From Felis catus (lineage: Eukaryota), in assembly GCF_018350175.1 (NCBI RefSeq), contig NC_058368.1:188606001-188670000 (forward strand): a DNA stretch of 64,000 nucleotides. Reading direction: 5' to 3'. The position numbers were made by a program, and so were the translations under genes. Under the pieces are notes generated by a model. The model saw only the letters and a program-made list of their open reading frames with translations, was not told where the DNA came from and ran no database searches. Positions 12,680 through 24,757 of the stretch are shown one piece after another. Numbering within the stretch: the first letter of the stretch is position 1; each line of letters opens with the position of its first letter.

Positions 12680-13123
12680 ATATTTATATATATATAAATC
12701 CCCTGTGGTGGCCCTCTATCATCTATTTACTTGGAAATTGGGTATATAAAGTAAATAGTTCTATAAGTAAACTTGCAGGGGAGTGGAAATCACACCTTTT
12801 TTTCCTGTTGCATGAAAATTTTCCAAAGTTCTGCTTCAGGCACTCGGGGAAGGTTTTTGTTTATGTATCTTCTACAACTTGGTATATAATCTGTCTTAAA
12901 TTGGGATGTATTTAAGGGATGATTTATTAGAATATTGTGATGTATGAAGAGATACACAAAAAGAAAAGTTATGTTCCTTCTCCTTTTACCATAATCACAC
13001 GGCCTCTGGTGTATGTATTCCACTACTGATGAGTAGGGTTAAAGTGGAGTCAGAAACTGAAATCTAAGAAGCCTCTTAATTTGTTGGTGTCTTAAAAGCA
13101 CAAGGTTATACTATATTTCAAAA

Positions 13124-13151
13124 GTGTGTGTGTGTGTGTGTGTGTGTGTGT
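13124..13151. repeat. (GT)n microsatellite followed by TA-rich low-complexity sequence
   Basis: Read directly from the sequence. Confidence 0.9.
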
Positions 13152-13631
13152 ACACAACATATGTGTACACATACTGAACTATATATGAAGTATATATATG
13201 TAAACACTAACCTATATATATACATATATATATATGTACTTTATATATATTTATGTATACTTTATACCTATATAGTAACTATTCCCCCATGAGATAACCA
13301 TAACTTTTATCCTGCTTATAAGGCTTTGCATTTGAGTGGATAGATAAGTAGGTAAAAAAATAAAAGGTAATGAAAATAATTTGAAAAATATCAGGCAAAA
13401 ATAAATGTTCTAGTTTTATTTGGCACTTACTTCATATAAGCCTTTGTGCCTAAAAACTGAGCCATGTGAAGAAAGAGTTCTTGTTCTTTTTTTCAAGGAG
13501 TTTAAATTTGGGTGATAAGACATTTTTCTGGGTATGTACATATATATTATTTAGATAATATAAAATAAACATAAACATGTTTAGCTATATGATATATAAA
13601 TATCTGTATAATTGAAACAATACTACAGTTT

Positions 13632-13844
13632 ATTTTTTTTAAATTTTTTTATGTTTATTTATCTTTGAGAGTGAGAGAGAGCACAAGTGGGGCAGAGAGA
13701 GAGAGAGACACAGAATCTGAAGCAGGCTCCAGGCTCTGAGCTGTCAACACAGAGCCTGACTTGGGGCTCAAACTCGCAAACTGAGATCATGACCTGAGCC
13801 AAAGTAGGACGCTTAACCAACTGAGCCATCCATCCAGGTGCCCC
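13632..13844 (-). mobile_element. CanSINE, TSD gaaacaatacta(c/t)agtt
   Basis: Canonical body with flanking direct repeat. Confidence 0.9.
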
Positions 13845-14772
13845 GAAACAATACTATAGTTTAGGGATTGGCCTGTACCAGTGTTAAGAATTCTAAGAGG
13901 ATTGGTGATTCCTGGAGAAAGGATTCACATTACCTGTCTGTGTGCATATATTTGTTCAGCTTGAGCTAGCCTAAAGGGTTTAGAACAAAAGAGAGTGGGA
14001 CAGAGGCATTTCTGGTGGAATGTAAGAATGTTTGTATTTTTCTTAGAATACAGTTAATGAACCATCTTTGCTTATAGTGAGGAAGAGATGTTGACAAGTT
14101 TAGACCAAGAAATTGGGAGTAGAGGAGCTCAAAAGCCAGGCTAGGAAGTTTAGAACAGGTTTTGGCAATATTACCCTAGCAGAGCTGTAGGAAGATTAGG
14201 CAGTCCATGTCCAGGATAGATTAGGCACCAGGAGAGGAAGACCGGCTAGTAGGTCCTACATATAACACAGTGGTTCATAGTTTTTCACCCCCAAGCCTGA
14301 CAGATGAGGATTAATAATATAGCTGTTCACTGGAGCACCATTCCTCTTAGTAATATTGTACTCACAGTAGCAGAGATTTTCATCATGGCGCAGTGGTTGG
14401 AGAAGATGTCTCATGACTTAAAACCACAAATTACTCTTGAAATTGCTAAGGCTTAATGCTACAAAAGCCTAAAATCACTTTGGAATTGGTAGGAGTGAGA
14501 ATGGAACCGAAAGCTAACCATTAGGGAAAAAACACAAAAAGAAAAAAAATTGATGGCACTTGGCAATTGACTGTGGAGAGAAGAGGTGAGTCGGGGGCAT
14601 TGAAATACCAAGCCTATGACACTTGCCCTGAAATTTAGCATAGTGATGGGCACGGACAAGGATGCTCAGTAAACTGGGAAATGTAAGCACAGCCCAAGAC
14701 CTATCAGTTGCTAATGTGATCGTTGTGCTCCTGGGTGACAGGTACTTTAAAGAAATACTTTTCTTTCTCTAG

Positions 14773-14920
14773 GAGTTTATGGAAACACTTCCGTGCGGTG
14801 AGCCTTTGTTTATTTTTACTAGTGTTCCCTGCTTATATGGCTTACATGATTTGCCAGTTTTTCCACATGGATTTTTGGCTGCTTATCATTATTTCCAGCA
14901 GCATTCTCACCTCTCTTCAG
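14773..14920 (+). CDS. RNF145: RNF145 internal coding exon, 148 nt, phase 2/0
   Basis: ttctttctctag|G AGT TTA TGG...CTT CAG|gtaagc. Encodes SLWKHFRAVSLCLFLLVFPAYMAYMICQFFHMDFWLLIIISSSILTSLQ. Confidence 0.95.
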
Positions 14921-15800
14921 GTAAGCCTAGGAGTAACTAACTTTCTGCAATAACTGATTTTATTTTCCTTCTTGAAAAGAAATTAAACTTCTTCAGGATT
15001 AATGATTAGAAGTAGCCTGTTTAGGTGATCACTTCGCAACTTATTTGTCAGAAAATATTACACTGATTTCAGCATAGGAGTTAGATGGTAGGTTATTAAA
15101 ATACCAGACCTGTCTATGTCACTGTATTTTTATTACCAAGGTAATTAAACTTTGCTGTTTTTTTAAATGATACACAACTATCATGTAAAGCTTAATAAGG
15201 AACTCTAAAATATTAAAAGATTTTATAACTTGTTTGGAGCACATTTTTAAAGTAAATACCTACTCAGAAATATCTTTTGTTTCATGGTATATATAAATAT
15301 ATGACATACGTGTGTATCACACATATATATATACAACTGATAATACTGCCCTGGAAATGAAAACCTTGTTGTAGTTTGAAGGTGGCTGTTTGCTGCTAGA
15401 TCAGTAAAAAGTAAAAAAATATAGCACTGGCAACACAGATTTATTCATTGTTCCCCGTAGGGGTAAAGGTTCTTTGAAAGTTGAGGAACATGTATGACTA
15501 CAGAATTAGGACAATTTAGATGGAACTTTAATAGGTTTTGATGATCTGGGGAATAAATGGAAAGGATGAGTCAGAAACTAATCAGAATCATTTTTAAGAA
15601 AGTTATGTCTCAAGGTGTGGCTTTCTGATAGCGAATGCCTGGATTACTGAGAGCACCCACATTTTAATGACACCACTGTCTCTAGGTATTAAATATGGCA
15701 CCCTAAAAGTATTTAGGAATGTTGTTATTGCTTAAAGTCTATGCAAAGCCTTTATTAGTGGTAATATTCTGTTTTAAAATAATGTGATTTTTTTTTCCAG

Positions 15801-16157
15801 GTTTTGGGAACACTTTTTATTTATGTCTTATTTATGGTTGAGGAATTCAGAAAAGAGCCAGTGGAAAACATGGATGATGTCATCTACTATGTGAATGGCA
15901 CTTACCGCCTCTTGGAGTTTCTTGTGGCCCTCTGTGTGGTGGCCTATGGTGTCTCAGAGACCATCTTCGGAGAGTGGACCGTAATGGGCTCAATGATCAT
16001 CTTCATCCATTCCTATTACAATGTGTGGCTTCGGGCACAGCTGGGGTGGAAGAGCTTCCTTCTCCGCAGGGATGCTGTGAATAAGATTAAATCATTACCT
16101 ATTGCTACAAAAGAGCAGCTGGAGAAACACAATGATATTTGTGCCATCTGTTACCAG
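15801..16157 (+). CDS. RNF145: RNF145 penultimate coding exon, 357 nt, ending in the first Cys pair of the RING
   Basis: ttttttccag|GTT TTG GGA...TAC CAG|gtaact. Encodes VLGTLFIYVLFMVEEFRKEPVENMDDVIYY...KHNDICAICYQ (ORF 15804..16250). Confidence 0.95.
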
Positions 16158-16447
16158 GTAACTTGCACAGTAAGAATCCATTTGGGTGGGTCATACAATG
16201 TATCTCCTGGGACTTTAACCATATTAACCAAGTTTAAGTTAAATTTCTAGGCAGAATTATTTCCTGGGTTAAAAAAAAAAAAAAAAAAAAGGTTTCAAAG
16301 ATTATTAAAGACCTGATAGACTATTTCCGTTTTATTTCTAAACTAAGGTTTTAATTTAGTCCAAGTTCTAATTTATTGTTATTTTCAACATTGCTCACCC
16401 ATAAATAAAGGAAAAACAGGTCAGGTGTATTTTATATTTACTCCTGA

Positions 16448-16448
<1 letters not shown>

Positions 16449-16490
<42 letters not shown>
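16449..16490. repeat. (CA)n microsatellite
   Basis: Read directly from the sequence. Confidence 0.95.
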
Positions 16491-16492
<2 letters not shown>

Positions 16493-17680
16493 TATATGTA
16501 CTATCAAGTATATACTATCAGGAGTCAGCAACTTCTGAAAAGTGGTGTGCCAAGATTCTGACTCTTTTCCTTCTGGTATTTCCAGGGTGGGGAAGAAGTA
16601 TTCATTTACTTAACATAGTTGGAGAGAGTGCGTGTTTACCTGTGCGTTGATGGATATCTGAGATGGAGATAGCCTGTGTGTATGGACGTGGGGCATAGGC
16701 AACCAATTGGTATGGCACTGTAGTCGGCCTTCCTGGCATCTTTGGCATGTGTGCCATGAATAGCTGATGATTGCCCTCTATTAAAACTGAAAGATAGTAT
16801 GTAAAGGAGTTTGGAAATGTCACAACAAAAAAATAGGCCTAGAGTTTAGTCCCCAATAACCTGTGCAAGGGGGTGGTTGAGTAGCAGCTTTTATAGCTTA
16901 ACTGTACTGTCAGAAATTGTTCCTTTAAAATTGCTCTTAAAGAGCGTGTGCTAGGGGAATAAAACTATAGGTGGTGTCACTGAGTATGAAGGAATGCTCT
17001 TTCTCCAAGGCTGCTCTACGGTTTAATGGGGTGTGTGTATCTGTGTGTTTAAGACTATCTAGTACAAGAATTTTGTCTAAGAATAAAATGCAACTACCAC
17101 TTTTTTATTGTTACTAGAACATACCTTGGGTACTCACAGAATAATGTTTTCCAGGTTGATTTTTGCATTTGGGGGAACTAAGGAGTATTGTAGGTTCCCC
17201 CCAAGTGAAGTGGTCCTGGTCTTAGTTCTGGTTCCTTTGTGCTTGGTAGCCCTGTTGTATGCAGGACAAAGCATGTCAAAGACCCGTACATCAGCTTTAG
17301 CAGCCCATACCTAAATGTTCCATCTCTGGGATTTAAGAGTCCTCTTTTTGTATTTCCTGTTGTCACATCACTTTTTTGAGGTGCTAGAACTACCTGCTGA
17401 TATCACACAGAAAATGAAAGTCAAATTGCTTAACTTCCCAGCTGGCTGCTTTTCCTTGGATGGCTTTCTGCTTAAAAGTTGACTCCCAGGTGTTACCAGT
17501 TTTTGGCAAGGAATTTATGTGACAACTACAACTCCTTGTTTTGAGACTTCAAACAAAATTAATGGTTGTGTCACCAAATGTAAATGTTTACAATTGAAGC
17601 ATCATGTCCTCAGCCTTCTCTCTTTAAATATTTCTTCTGCAAGGAATATTAATGCAAAATACACCACTTCTTTCTTATTG

Positions 17681-17850
17681 CAGTAGTTATCAAACTTGAG
17701 TGTGCATAAAAGTCACATGGGTGGCTCGCTGTAATTACAGATTTGTGAATGCCATCTTCAGATATCCTAATTCAGTAGAACTGGGGTGGCCCAGGAATGT
17801 GCATGGTTAACAAGCACTCTGGTGCTTGTGATGAAAGTTGAGAAATGCTG
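17681..17850. mobile_element. MER5A-like hAT-Charlie DNA transposon relic
   Basis: cagtagttatcaaacttgagtgtgca...ttcagtagaactggggtggcccaggaatgtgcat...ttgagaaatgctg resembles MER5A. Confidence 0.65.
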
Positions 17851-18389
17851 GTTTATACGGACCTTACCTTGAAGACTGCGTTACATTGTCCCTAATGAAA
17901 TTGCCACTTCCTTGCCAATACCCTGGTGTTATGTGGCTGACTTTGTCTCCTTGCCAGTAATTTCATCATGGAATAATCTGTCCAGCTGTGTTGAAGCATT
18001 ACTGTGGAAAGTCCTGCCTTCATCAGATTTTCTGAGGTTCTAATTACACTCATGCCGTGCCGGGGGAGACCCAGTAATCACACTGCAATAGTTGTGTGAT
18101 GCTCGTGTTTCATACTGAGGCAGAAGCCAGTTAAGTTAGTTTCCTTCTCATTTTTGGTTTTTACTTTCTTTTTTATTTACTTAGGTAGTGGTTCTTGCAT
18201 TTTGGTATAAAGGGGTCTCTGATGGCAGGAGGATTATTATAATCTAAAATGAGTTTTATTCTAAGATCTGTGTTACAAATTTTATATGGGAACTTGTGGG
18301 AAAGAAATGATGAAACTAGAACTTTTGGGATTAGCAGCAACGATTTTAGATAATAGACATTTATGAGATACCTTTCCTCCTGCTTCTAG

Positions 18390-18776
18390 GACATGAAATC
18401 TGCTGTGATCACACCTTGCAGTCATTTCTTCCATGCAGGATGTCTCAAGAAATGGCTGTATGTCCAGGAGACCTGCCCTCTGTGCCACTGCCACCTCAAA
18501 AACTCCTCCCAGCTTGCAGGGTTAGGAACAGAGCTGGTTCCACAACCTCATGCTGGAGCTGAGCAACACATCATGCTTCAGGAAGGTACTGAACCTCCAA
18601 ATCAAGAGCATCCTCCAGGGACTGGGATGCAGGAAGGTTCTAGGGACAATAACGAATGCATTGTCACACGATCAGATAACCAGGAAGGGACTTGTGATCC
18701 TAAGGAATATCGTGTTAGTGCAGAAGATGAAGTATGTCCTGTTGAGGTCAGCCCAGAAGAAAAGAAGCAGAAGTAA
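18390..18776 (+). CDS. RNF145: RNF145 terminal coding exon: rest of the RING-H2 (C3H2C3) and a low-complexity tail, stop TAA at 18774-18776
   Basis: cttctag|GAC ATG AAA. DMKSAVITPCSHFFHAGCLKKWLYVQETCPLC completes the RING-H2 begun by CAIC in the previous exon. Confidence 0.95.
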   Translation, partial: DMKSAVITPCSHFFHAGCLKKWLYVQETCPLCHCHLKNSSQLAGLGTELVPQPHAGAEQHIMLQEGTEPPNQEHPPGTGMQEGSRDNNECIVTRSDNQEGTCDPKEYRVSAEDEVCPVEVSPEEKKQK

Positions 18777-20010
18777 TGCTTTGATACTCTGGAGAAGTTA
18801 ACTCACTATGAAATTCGCACTCAGATTTGAGAAATGAATGTATAAGATGATGAGGCAGGAGACTTGACATTCCAAGAATCTGACCCAGGAAGTACTCTCA
18901 GTGGAGACTGCTGGCTTTCATCCCCTTGACATTGTGGGAGAAATTTTGCAATGTATGCTAATCAAAATGTATTTCTGTATCCTATGCTGATATAGAAGTT
19001 TGCCAACAAAATTCAGCCTTAGCAGCTTCAGAAATTGCCCCTGACTTGGAAGGGATAAATAAAATCACATTTGAGTGCTTGAAAGGGGCTAAAGAAAGAA
19101 GGATAAAGAGCATCAGGACAGCGTGGGAAGAAGCAGGCCGAAGCAGAACAGACCTCTCACTCTCTATGGAACAGGATCATTCTTGTTACAAAGTATGAGT
19201 AGTGACCAGCCCTTGTCACCAACCCCTTTCCCTTAGTTAATTGGGACTCAGTCAGGTGATAATTGAGTTTTGTACAGCACTGAAATGAAATCAAAGATGT
19301 AGGAGCATTGATTGTATTCAAAGATTGAAGCACGCTCATACTTCGTATGTGCTTTAGGGGGTGGGTGGGCACTTGGGCCTTGCGGGTGCATTCATGTAAT
19401 CTGAGACTCTTGAACTTTATGATGGAGTCTCCAATATTTTGATGTATATGAAACTTTTGTTAATATATTGTATACTGTGTTGGCTGTGTGAAGTAAACTA
19501 AAACTCTAATGAACACTTTGGGGTCCACGTTCGTGTAGGAGACCAAAGTGGGAAGGGCTTTAGGGCACTGATAGAGGCCCTTAAGTGTACTTTTCAATGC
19601 TGTGTAATGTTTAATTCTTGCAACTGAATCAAAACAGTGTTAAATTATGGCAATATTTGCACTTTGGGAATGAGTACATAACTGTATGATCACACTCTGC
19701 AAATGCCACTTTTAAAGCTGTTAATAGACTTTGCACCTTTTCTTTGACAAGGATGTGTCATATTTAAATTTTTACATTCATCATGGCTACAGGTAGAACT
19801 GGGGAGGGGGGAATGTAATTTTTTATGGGAATTTTGATATGAAAAGAAACTAGTCATTTATTTATACAATAGGCTTGGCTCAAAAAGTGTTTTTCAGACT
19901 CGATATTCCTAATGTGGGATGTGACTTTATTTTATTTTTAGTAGCAAATTTGGATGTAGACTGACAGACATAGCTGAATGTCTTAATAAATTTAAATTTG
20001 AAGATAACTG
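18777..20010 (+). other. RNF145: RNF145 3'UTR (end approximate)
   Basis: Repeat-free sequence after the stop, AU-rich distally, ending at AATAAA (19985) followed by a GT/T-rich element. Confidence 0.8.
19985..19990 (+). terminator. Polyadenylation signal AATAAA of RNF145
   Basis: tcttAATAAAtttaaatttgaagataac then tgtgttttgttcctgtg (GU-rich downstream element). A possible proximal AATAAA lies at 19058-19063. Confidence 0.8.
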
Positions 20011-20099
20011 TGTTTTGTTCCTGTGATGGTTATTATTGTGAAGTGCTTGAAATCGTGTTCTTGGGAGGTTTTTGTTTTTATCCAACCAGATTTCTTTCC

Positions 20100-20312
20100 T
20101 TTTTTTTCTTTTTTTTTAATATTTATTTATTTTTGAAAGAGAGACAGTACATGTGTCAGGAACAGCAGAAAAAGGGAGAGAGAATCTTCAAGCAGGCTCC
20201 ATGTTATCAGCACAGAGCCCGACACAGGGCTCAATCTCAGAAACCGTGAGATCATGACCTGGGTTGAAATTATGAGTCAGAAACTTAACCTACTGAGCTA
20301 CCCAGGTGCCCT
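20100..20312 (-). mobile_element. CanSINE just downstream of the RNF145 poly(A) site
   Basis: Canonical body; degenerate TSD tccaa(c/t)cag. Confidence 0.88.
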
Positions 20313-20478
20313 GTCCAATCAGGTTTCTTATATCTTGATCCCTATCAAAAATGCCCTGCAGGTGGCAAAACTTTTTGATTGGAAATGACCAGCTCTTTGA
20401 AATCTTCTACACTGGTGGAATCAAACCTAGCTTTGCATCAGAATATTTGGGGAGCTTTTTAAAAAAAGTACATATTTC

Positions 20479-20878
20479 ATGGATAGGACTAGAGGGTATT
20501 AACGCTAAGTGAAATCAGTCAGACTGAGAAAGACAAATGCCATATGATTTCACTTACATGTGGAATGTAAAAAACAAAACATGAGTAAGCATACAGAAAG
20601 AATCAGACCTATAAAGTCAGAGAACTGATGGTTCCCAGACAGGAAGGGAATGGGGGAGGGGCAAAATGGGTGGAGGGGAGTGGGAGGCACACACTTCCAG
20701 TTAGGAAATGAATAAGTCACAGGGACGAAAGGTATAGCAGAGGGTATATAGTCAATGGCATTGTGATAGCACTGTGTTGTGACAGATGGTAGCTACACTT
20801 GTGAGTGTAGCATAAATAAGAGATGTCTAATCACTGGCACACACCTGAAACTAACATAACATTGTCAACTATACTCCC
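20479..20878 (+). mobile_element. Older L1 3' end inserted into a MER5A-like element
   Basis: catgga...agagggtatt...gctaagtgaaatcagtcagactgagaaagacaaatgccatatgatttcac, then an L1 3'UTR. MER5A-like halves at ~20415-20470 and ~24200-24320. Confidence 0.75.
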
Positions 20879-20889
20879 CCAATTTTTTT

Positions 20890-23800
20890 CTTTAAAGAAA
20901 ATTTTAAATTTTTATTTATTTTTTAAATTTTAATCCAAGTTAGCATATAGTGCAACAATGATTTCAAGAGTATATTCCTTAATGCCCCTTACCCATTTAG
21001 CCCATCCCCCCTCCCACAACCCCTCCAGTAACCCTCTGTTTGTTCTCCATATTTAAGAGTCTCTTAGGTTTTGTCCCCCCCCCCCTTGTTTTTATATTAT
21101 TTTTGCTTCCCTTCCCTTATGTCCATCTGTTTTGTATCTTAAAGTCCTCATATGAGTGAAGTCAGATGATGTTTGTCTTTCTCTGACTTATTTCACTTAG
21201 CATAATACCCTCTAGTTCCATCCACGTAGTTGCAAATGGCAAGATTTCATTCTTTTTGATCGCCGAGTGATACTCCATTGTAGATATATACCACATCTTC
21301 TTTATCCATTCATCCATCGATGGACGTTTGGGCTCTTTCCATACTTTGGCTAATGTTGATAGTGCTGCTATAAACATTGGGGTGTATGTGCCCCTTTGAA
21401 ACAACATACCTATATCCCTTGAATAAATACCTAGTAGTGCAATTGCAGGGTTGTAGGGTAGTTCTATTTTTAATTTTTTGAGGAACCTCCATACTGTTTT
21501 CCAAAGTGGCTACACCAGCTTGGATTCCCACCAGCAATGCAAAAGAGATCCTCTTTCTCCACATCCTCGCCAACATCTGTTGTTGCCTGAGTTGTTAATG
21601 TTAGCCATTCTGACAGGTGTGAGGTGGTATCTCATTGTGGTTTTGATTTGATGATAAGTGATGTTGAGCATTTTTTTCATGTGTCGGTTGACCATCTGGA
21701 TGTCTTCTTTGGAGAAGCGCCTATTCATCTCTTTTGTCCATTTCTTCACTGGATTATTTGTTTTTTGTTGTTGAGTTTGAGTTCTTTATAAATTTTGGAT
21801 ACTAACCCTTTATCTGATATGTCATTCACAAATATCTTCTCCCATTCCATTGGTTGCCTTTTAGTTTTGCTGATTGTTGACTTCCTTGTGCAGAGCTTTT
21901 TATTTTGATGAGGTCCCAACAGTTCATTTTTGCTTTTGTTTCCCTTGCCTCAGGAGACATTGCTGCGGCCAAGGTCAAAGAGGTTTTTGCCTGCTTTCCC
22001 CTATAGGATTTTGATGGTTTCCCGTCTTATATTAAGGTCTTTCATCCATTTTGAGTTTATTTTTGTGTATGGTGCAAGAAAGTGGTCCAGGTTCATTTTT
22101 CTGCATGTCGCTGTCCAGTTTTCCCAGCACCACTTGCTGAAGAGACTGTCTTTTTGCCATTGGATATTCTTTCCTGCTTTGTCAAAGATTAGTTGGCCAT
22201 ACGTTTGTGGGTCCATTTCTGGGTTCTCTATTCTGTTCCGTTGATCTGAGTGTCTGTTCTTGTTCCACTACCATACTGTCTTGATGATTACAGCTTTGTA
22301 ATACAGCTTGAAGTCCGGGATTGTGAAGCCTCCAGCTTTGGTTTTCTTTTTCAAGATTGCTTTGGCTCTTCGGGGGTCTTTTCTGGTTCCATACAAATTT
22401 TAGGATTGTTTCTAGCTCTGTGAAGAATGCTGGTGTTATTTTGTTAGGGATTGCATTGAATATGTAGATTGCTTTGGGTAGTATTGACATTTTAACAATA
22501 TTTGTTCCTCCAATCCATGAGCATGAAATATTTTTCCACTTTTTTTGTGTCTTCTTCAATTTCTTTCATAAGCTTTCTATAGTTTCCAGTGTATAGATTT
22601 TTCACCTCTTTAGTAAGATTTATTCCTAGGTATTTTATGGCTTTTGGTGCAATTGTAAATGGGATCGATTCCTTGATTTCTGTTGCTTCATTGTTGTTGT
22701 ATAGGAATGTAACCGATTTCTGTGAATTGATTTTATATCCTGCAACTTTGCTGAATTCATGAATCAGTTCTAGCAGGTTTTTGGTGGAATCTTTTGGGTT
22801 TTCCCTATAGAGTATCACGTCATCTGCAAAGAGTGAAAGTTTGACCTCCTCCTGGCCAATTTGGATACGTTTTATTTCTTTGTGTTGTCTGATTGCTGAG
22901 GCTATGACTTCCAATACTATGTTGAATAACAGTGGTGAGAGTGGATATTCCTGTCTTGTTCCTGACCTTGGGGGAAAGCTCTCAGTTTTTCCCCATTGAG
23001 GATGATATTAGCATTGGGTCTTTCATATATGGCTTTTATGATCTTGAGGTATGATCCTTCTATCCCTACTTAAGGGTTTTTATCAAGAAAGGATGCTATG
23101 TTTTGTCAAATGCTTTCTCTGCATCTACTCTCAATAGATGAAAGATCATGTGGTTCCTGTCCTTTCCTTTATTGATGTGATGAATCACATTGATTATTTT
23201 GCGGATATTGAACCAGCCCTGCATCCCAGGTATAAATCCCACTTGGTCATGGTGAATAATTTTTTTAATGTATTGTTGGATCCAGTTTGCTAGTATCTTG
23301 TTGAGGATTTTTGCCTCCATGTTCCTCAAGGAAATTGGTCTATAGTTCTCCTTTTTAGTGGAGTCTTTGTCTGGTTTTGGAATCAAGGTAATGCTGGCTT
23401 CATAGAATGAGTTTGGAAGTTTTCCTTCCATTTCTATATTTTGGAACAGCTTCAAAAGAATAGGTGTTAACTCTTCCTTAAATGTTTGGTAGAATTCCCC
23501 TGGAAAGCCATTTGACCCTGGACCTGTTTGTTGGGAGATTTTTGATTACTAATTCAATTTCTTTACTGGTTATGGGTCTGTTCAAATTTTCTATTTCCTC
23601 CTGTTTCAGTTTTGGCAGTCTATGTTTCTAGGAATTTGTTCATTTCTCCAGATTGCCCATTTTATTGGTGTATAATTGCTCATAATATTCTCTTATTGTT
23701 TTTATTTCTGCTGTGTTAGTTGTGATTTCTCCTCCTTCATTCTTGATTTTATTTATTTGGGTCCTTTCCTTTTTGATCAAACTGGCTAGTGGTTTATCAA

Positions 23801-24172
23801 TTTTGTTAATTCTTTCAAAGAACCAGCTTCTTGTTTCATTGATCTGTTCTACTGTTTTTTTGGTTTTTATAGCATTGATTACCGCTCTAATCTTTATTAT
23901 TTCCTGTCTTCTGCTGGTTTGGGGTTTTATTTGCTGTTCTTTTTCCAGCTCTTTAAGGTGTAAGGTTAGGTTGTGTATCTGAGACCTTTCTTCGTTCTAT
24001 AGAAAGGCCTGGATTGCTATATACTTTCCTCTTATGACCGCCTTTGCTGCGTCCCAGAGGTTTGGGGCTGTGGTGTTATCATTTTCATTGGCTTCCATGT
24101 ACTTTTTAATTTCCTCTTTAACTTCTTGGTTAGCCCATTCATTCTTTAGTAAGGATGTTCTTTACTCTCCAG
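20890..24172 (-). mobile_element. 5'-truncated carnivore L1 (~3.3 kb) with frameshifted ORF2 (RT and C-terminus)
   Basis: ORF fragments [51 protein letters not shown]-like tat(a/g)ctcccc(c)aatttttt at 20870 and 24173. Confidence 0.95.
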
Positions 24173-24538
24173 TATGCTCCCCAATTTTTTTTTTTAAATT
24201 ATGCATTTCTGAACCCGACTTCAGACCTACTGAATCAGGCTTTGGGGGTTTCTGAGAATGTGATTTTCAAAGCTCCCTAGGTAATACTGATACAGTTTTA
24301 TGTTTAGAAAAGAAGTGGCTAGACTAGAATGCATTTCTCCCCTAGGTGTAGCTCAAGTTGCTCACCATCTTTGGTGAGCCAAGTTAGGCAAAAACAAGAG
24401 CAGATGGCTCCCTCTAGTGGTAGGCTAGAGGTCTAAAGACCTGGTTAGTGAGCTTGGACTTAAAACTGATTTTTAGCCTTTGTGTAAAAGGTATGTGTTC
24501 AAATATTAAATAAAATCACAGTTAAAGTTGAAATCATT

Positions 24539-24757
24539 GGGGTGCCTGGGTGGCTCAGTCAGTTGAGTGTCCGACTTCAGCTCAGGTCATGATCTCATGG
24601 TTCGTGGATTTGAGCCCTGCATCAGGCTCTGCGCTGACAGCTTGCTCAGAGCCTGGAGCCTGCTTTGGATTCTGTGTCTCCTTCTCCCTGCCCCTCCTCC
24701 ACTCATGCGCTGTCTCACTCTGTCTCTCAAAAATAAATAAAATGTAAAAAAAAATTA
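24539..24757 (+). mobile_element. CanSINE, TSD aaagttgaaatcatt
   Basis: Canonical body with flanking direct repeat. Confidence 0.92.

Noticed and set aside
17870..18120. Unique intronic stretch as a possible snoRNA or poison exon
   Set aside because: I could not find a convincing C/D or H/ACA box arrangement or a splice-site pair by eye. An Infernal/Rfam search and conservation data would be needed.
18550..18801. 83-aa alternative-frame ORF overlapping the last RNF145 exon
   Set aside because: No independent start context or homology. Only its end matters, as the putative ancestral frame discussed in the findings.
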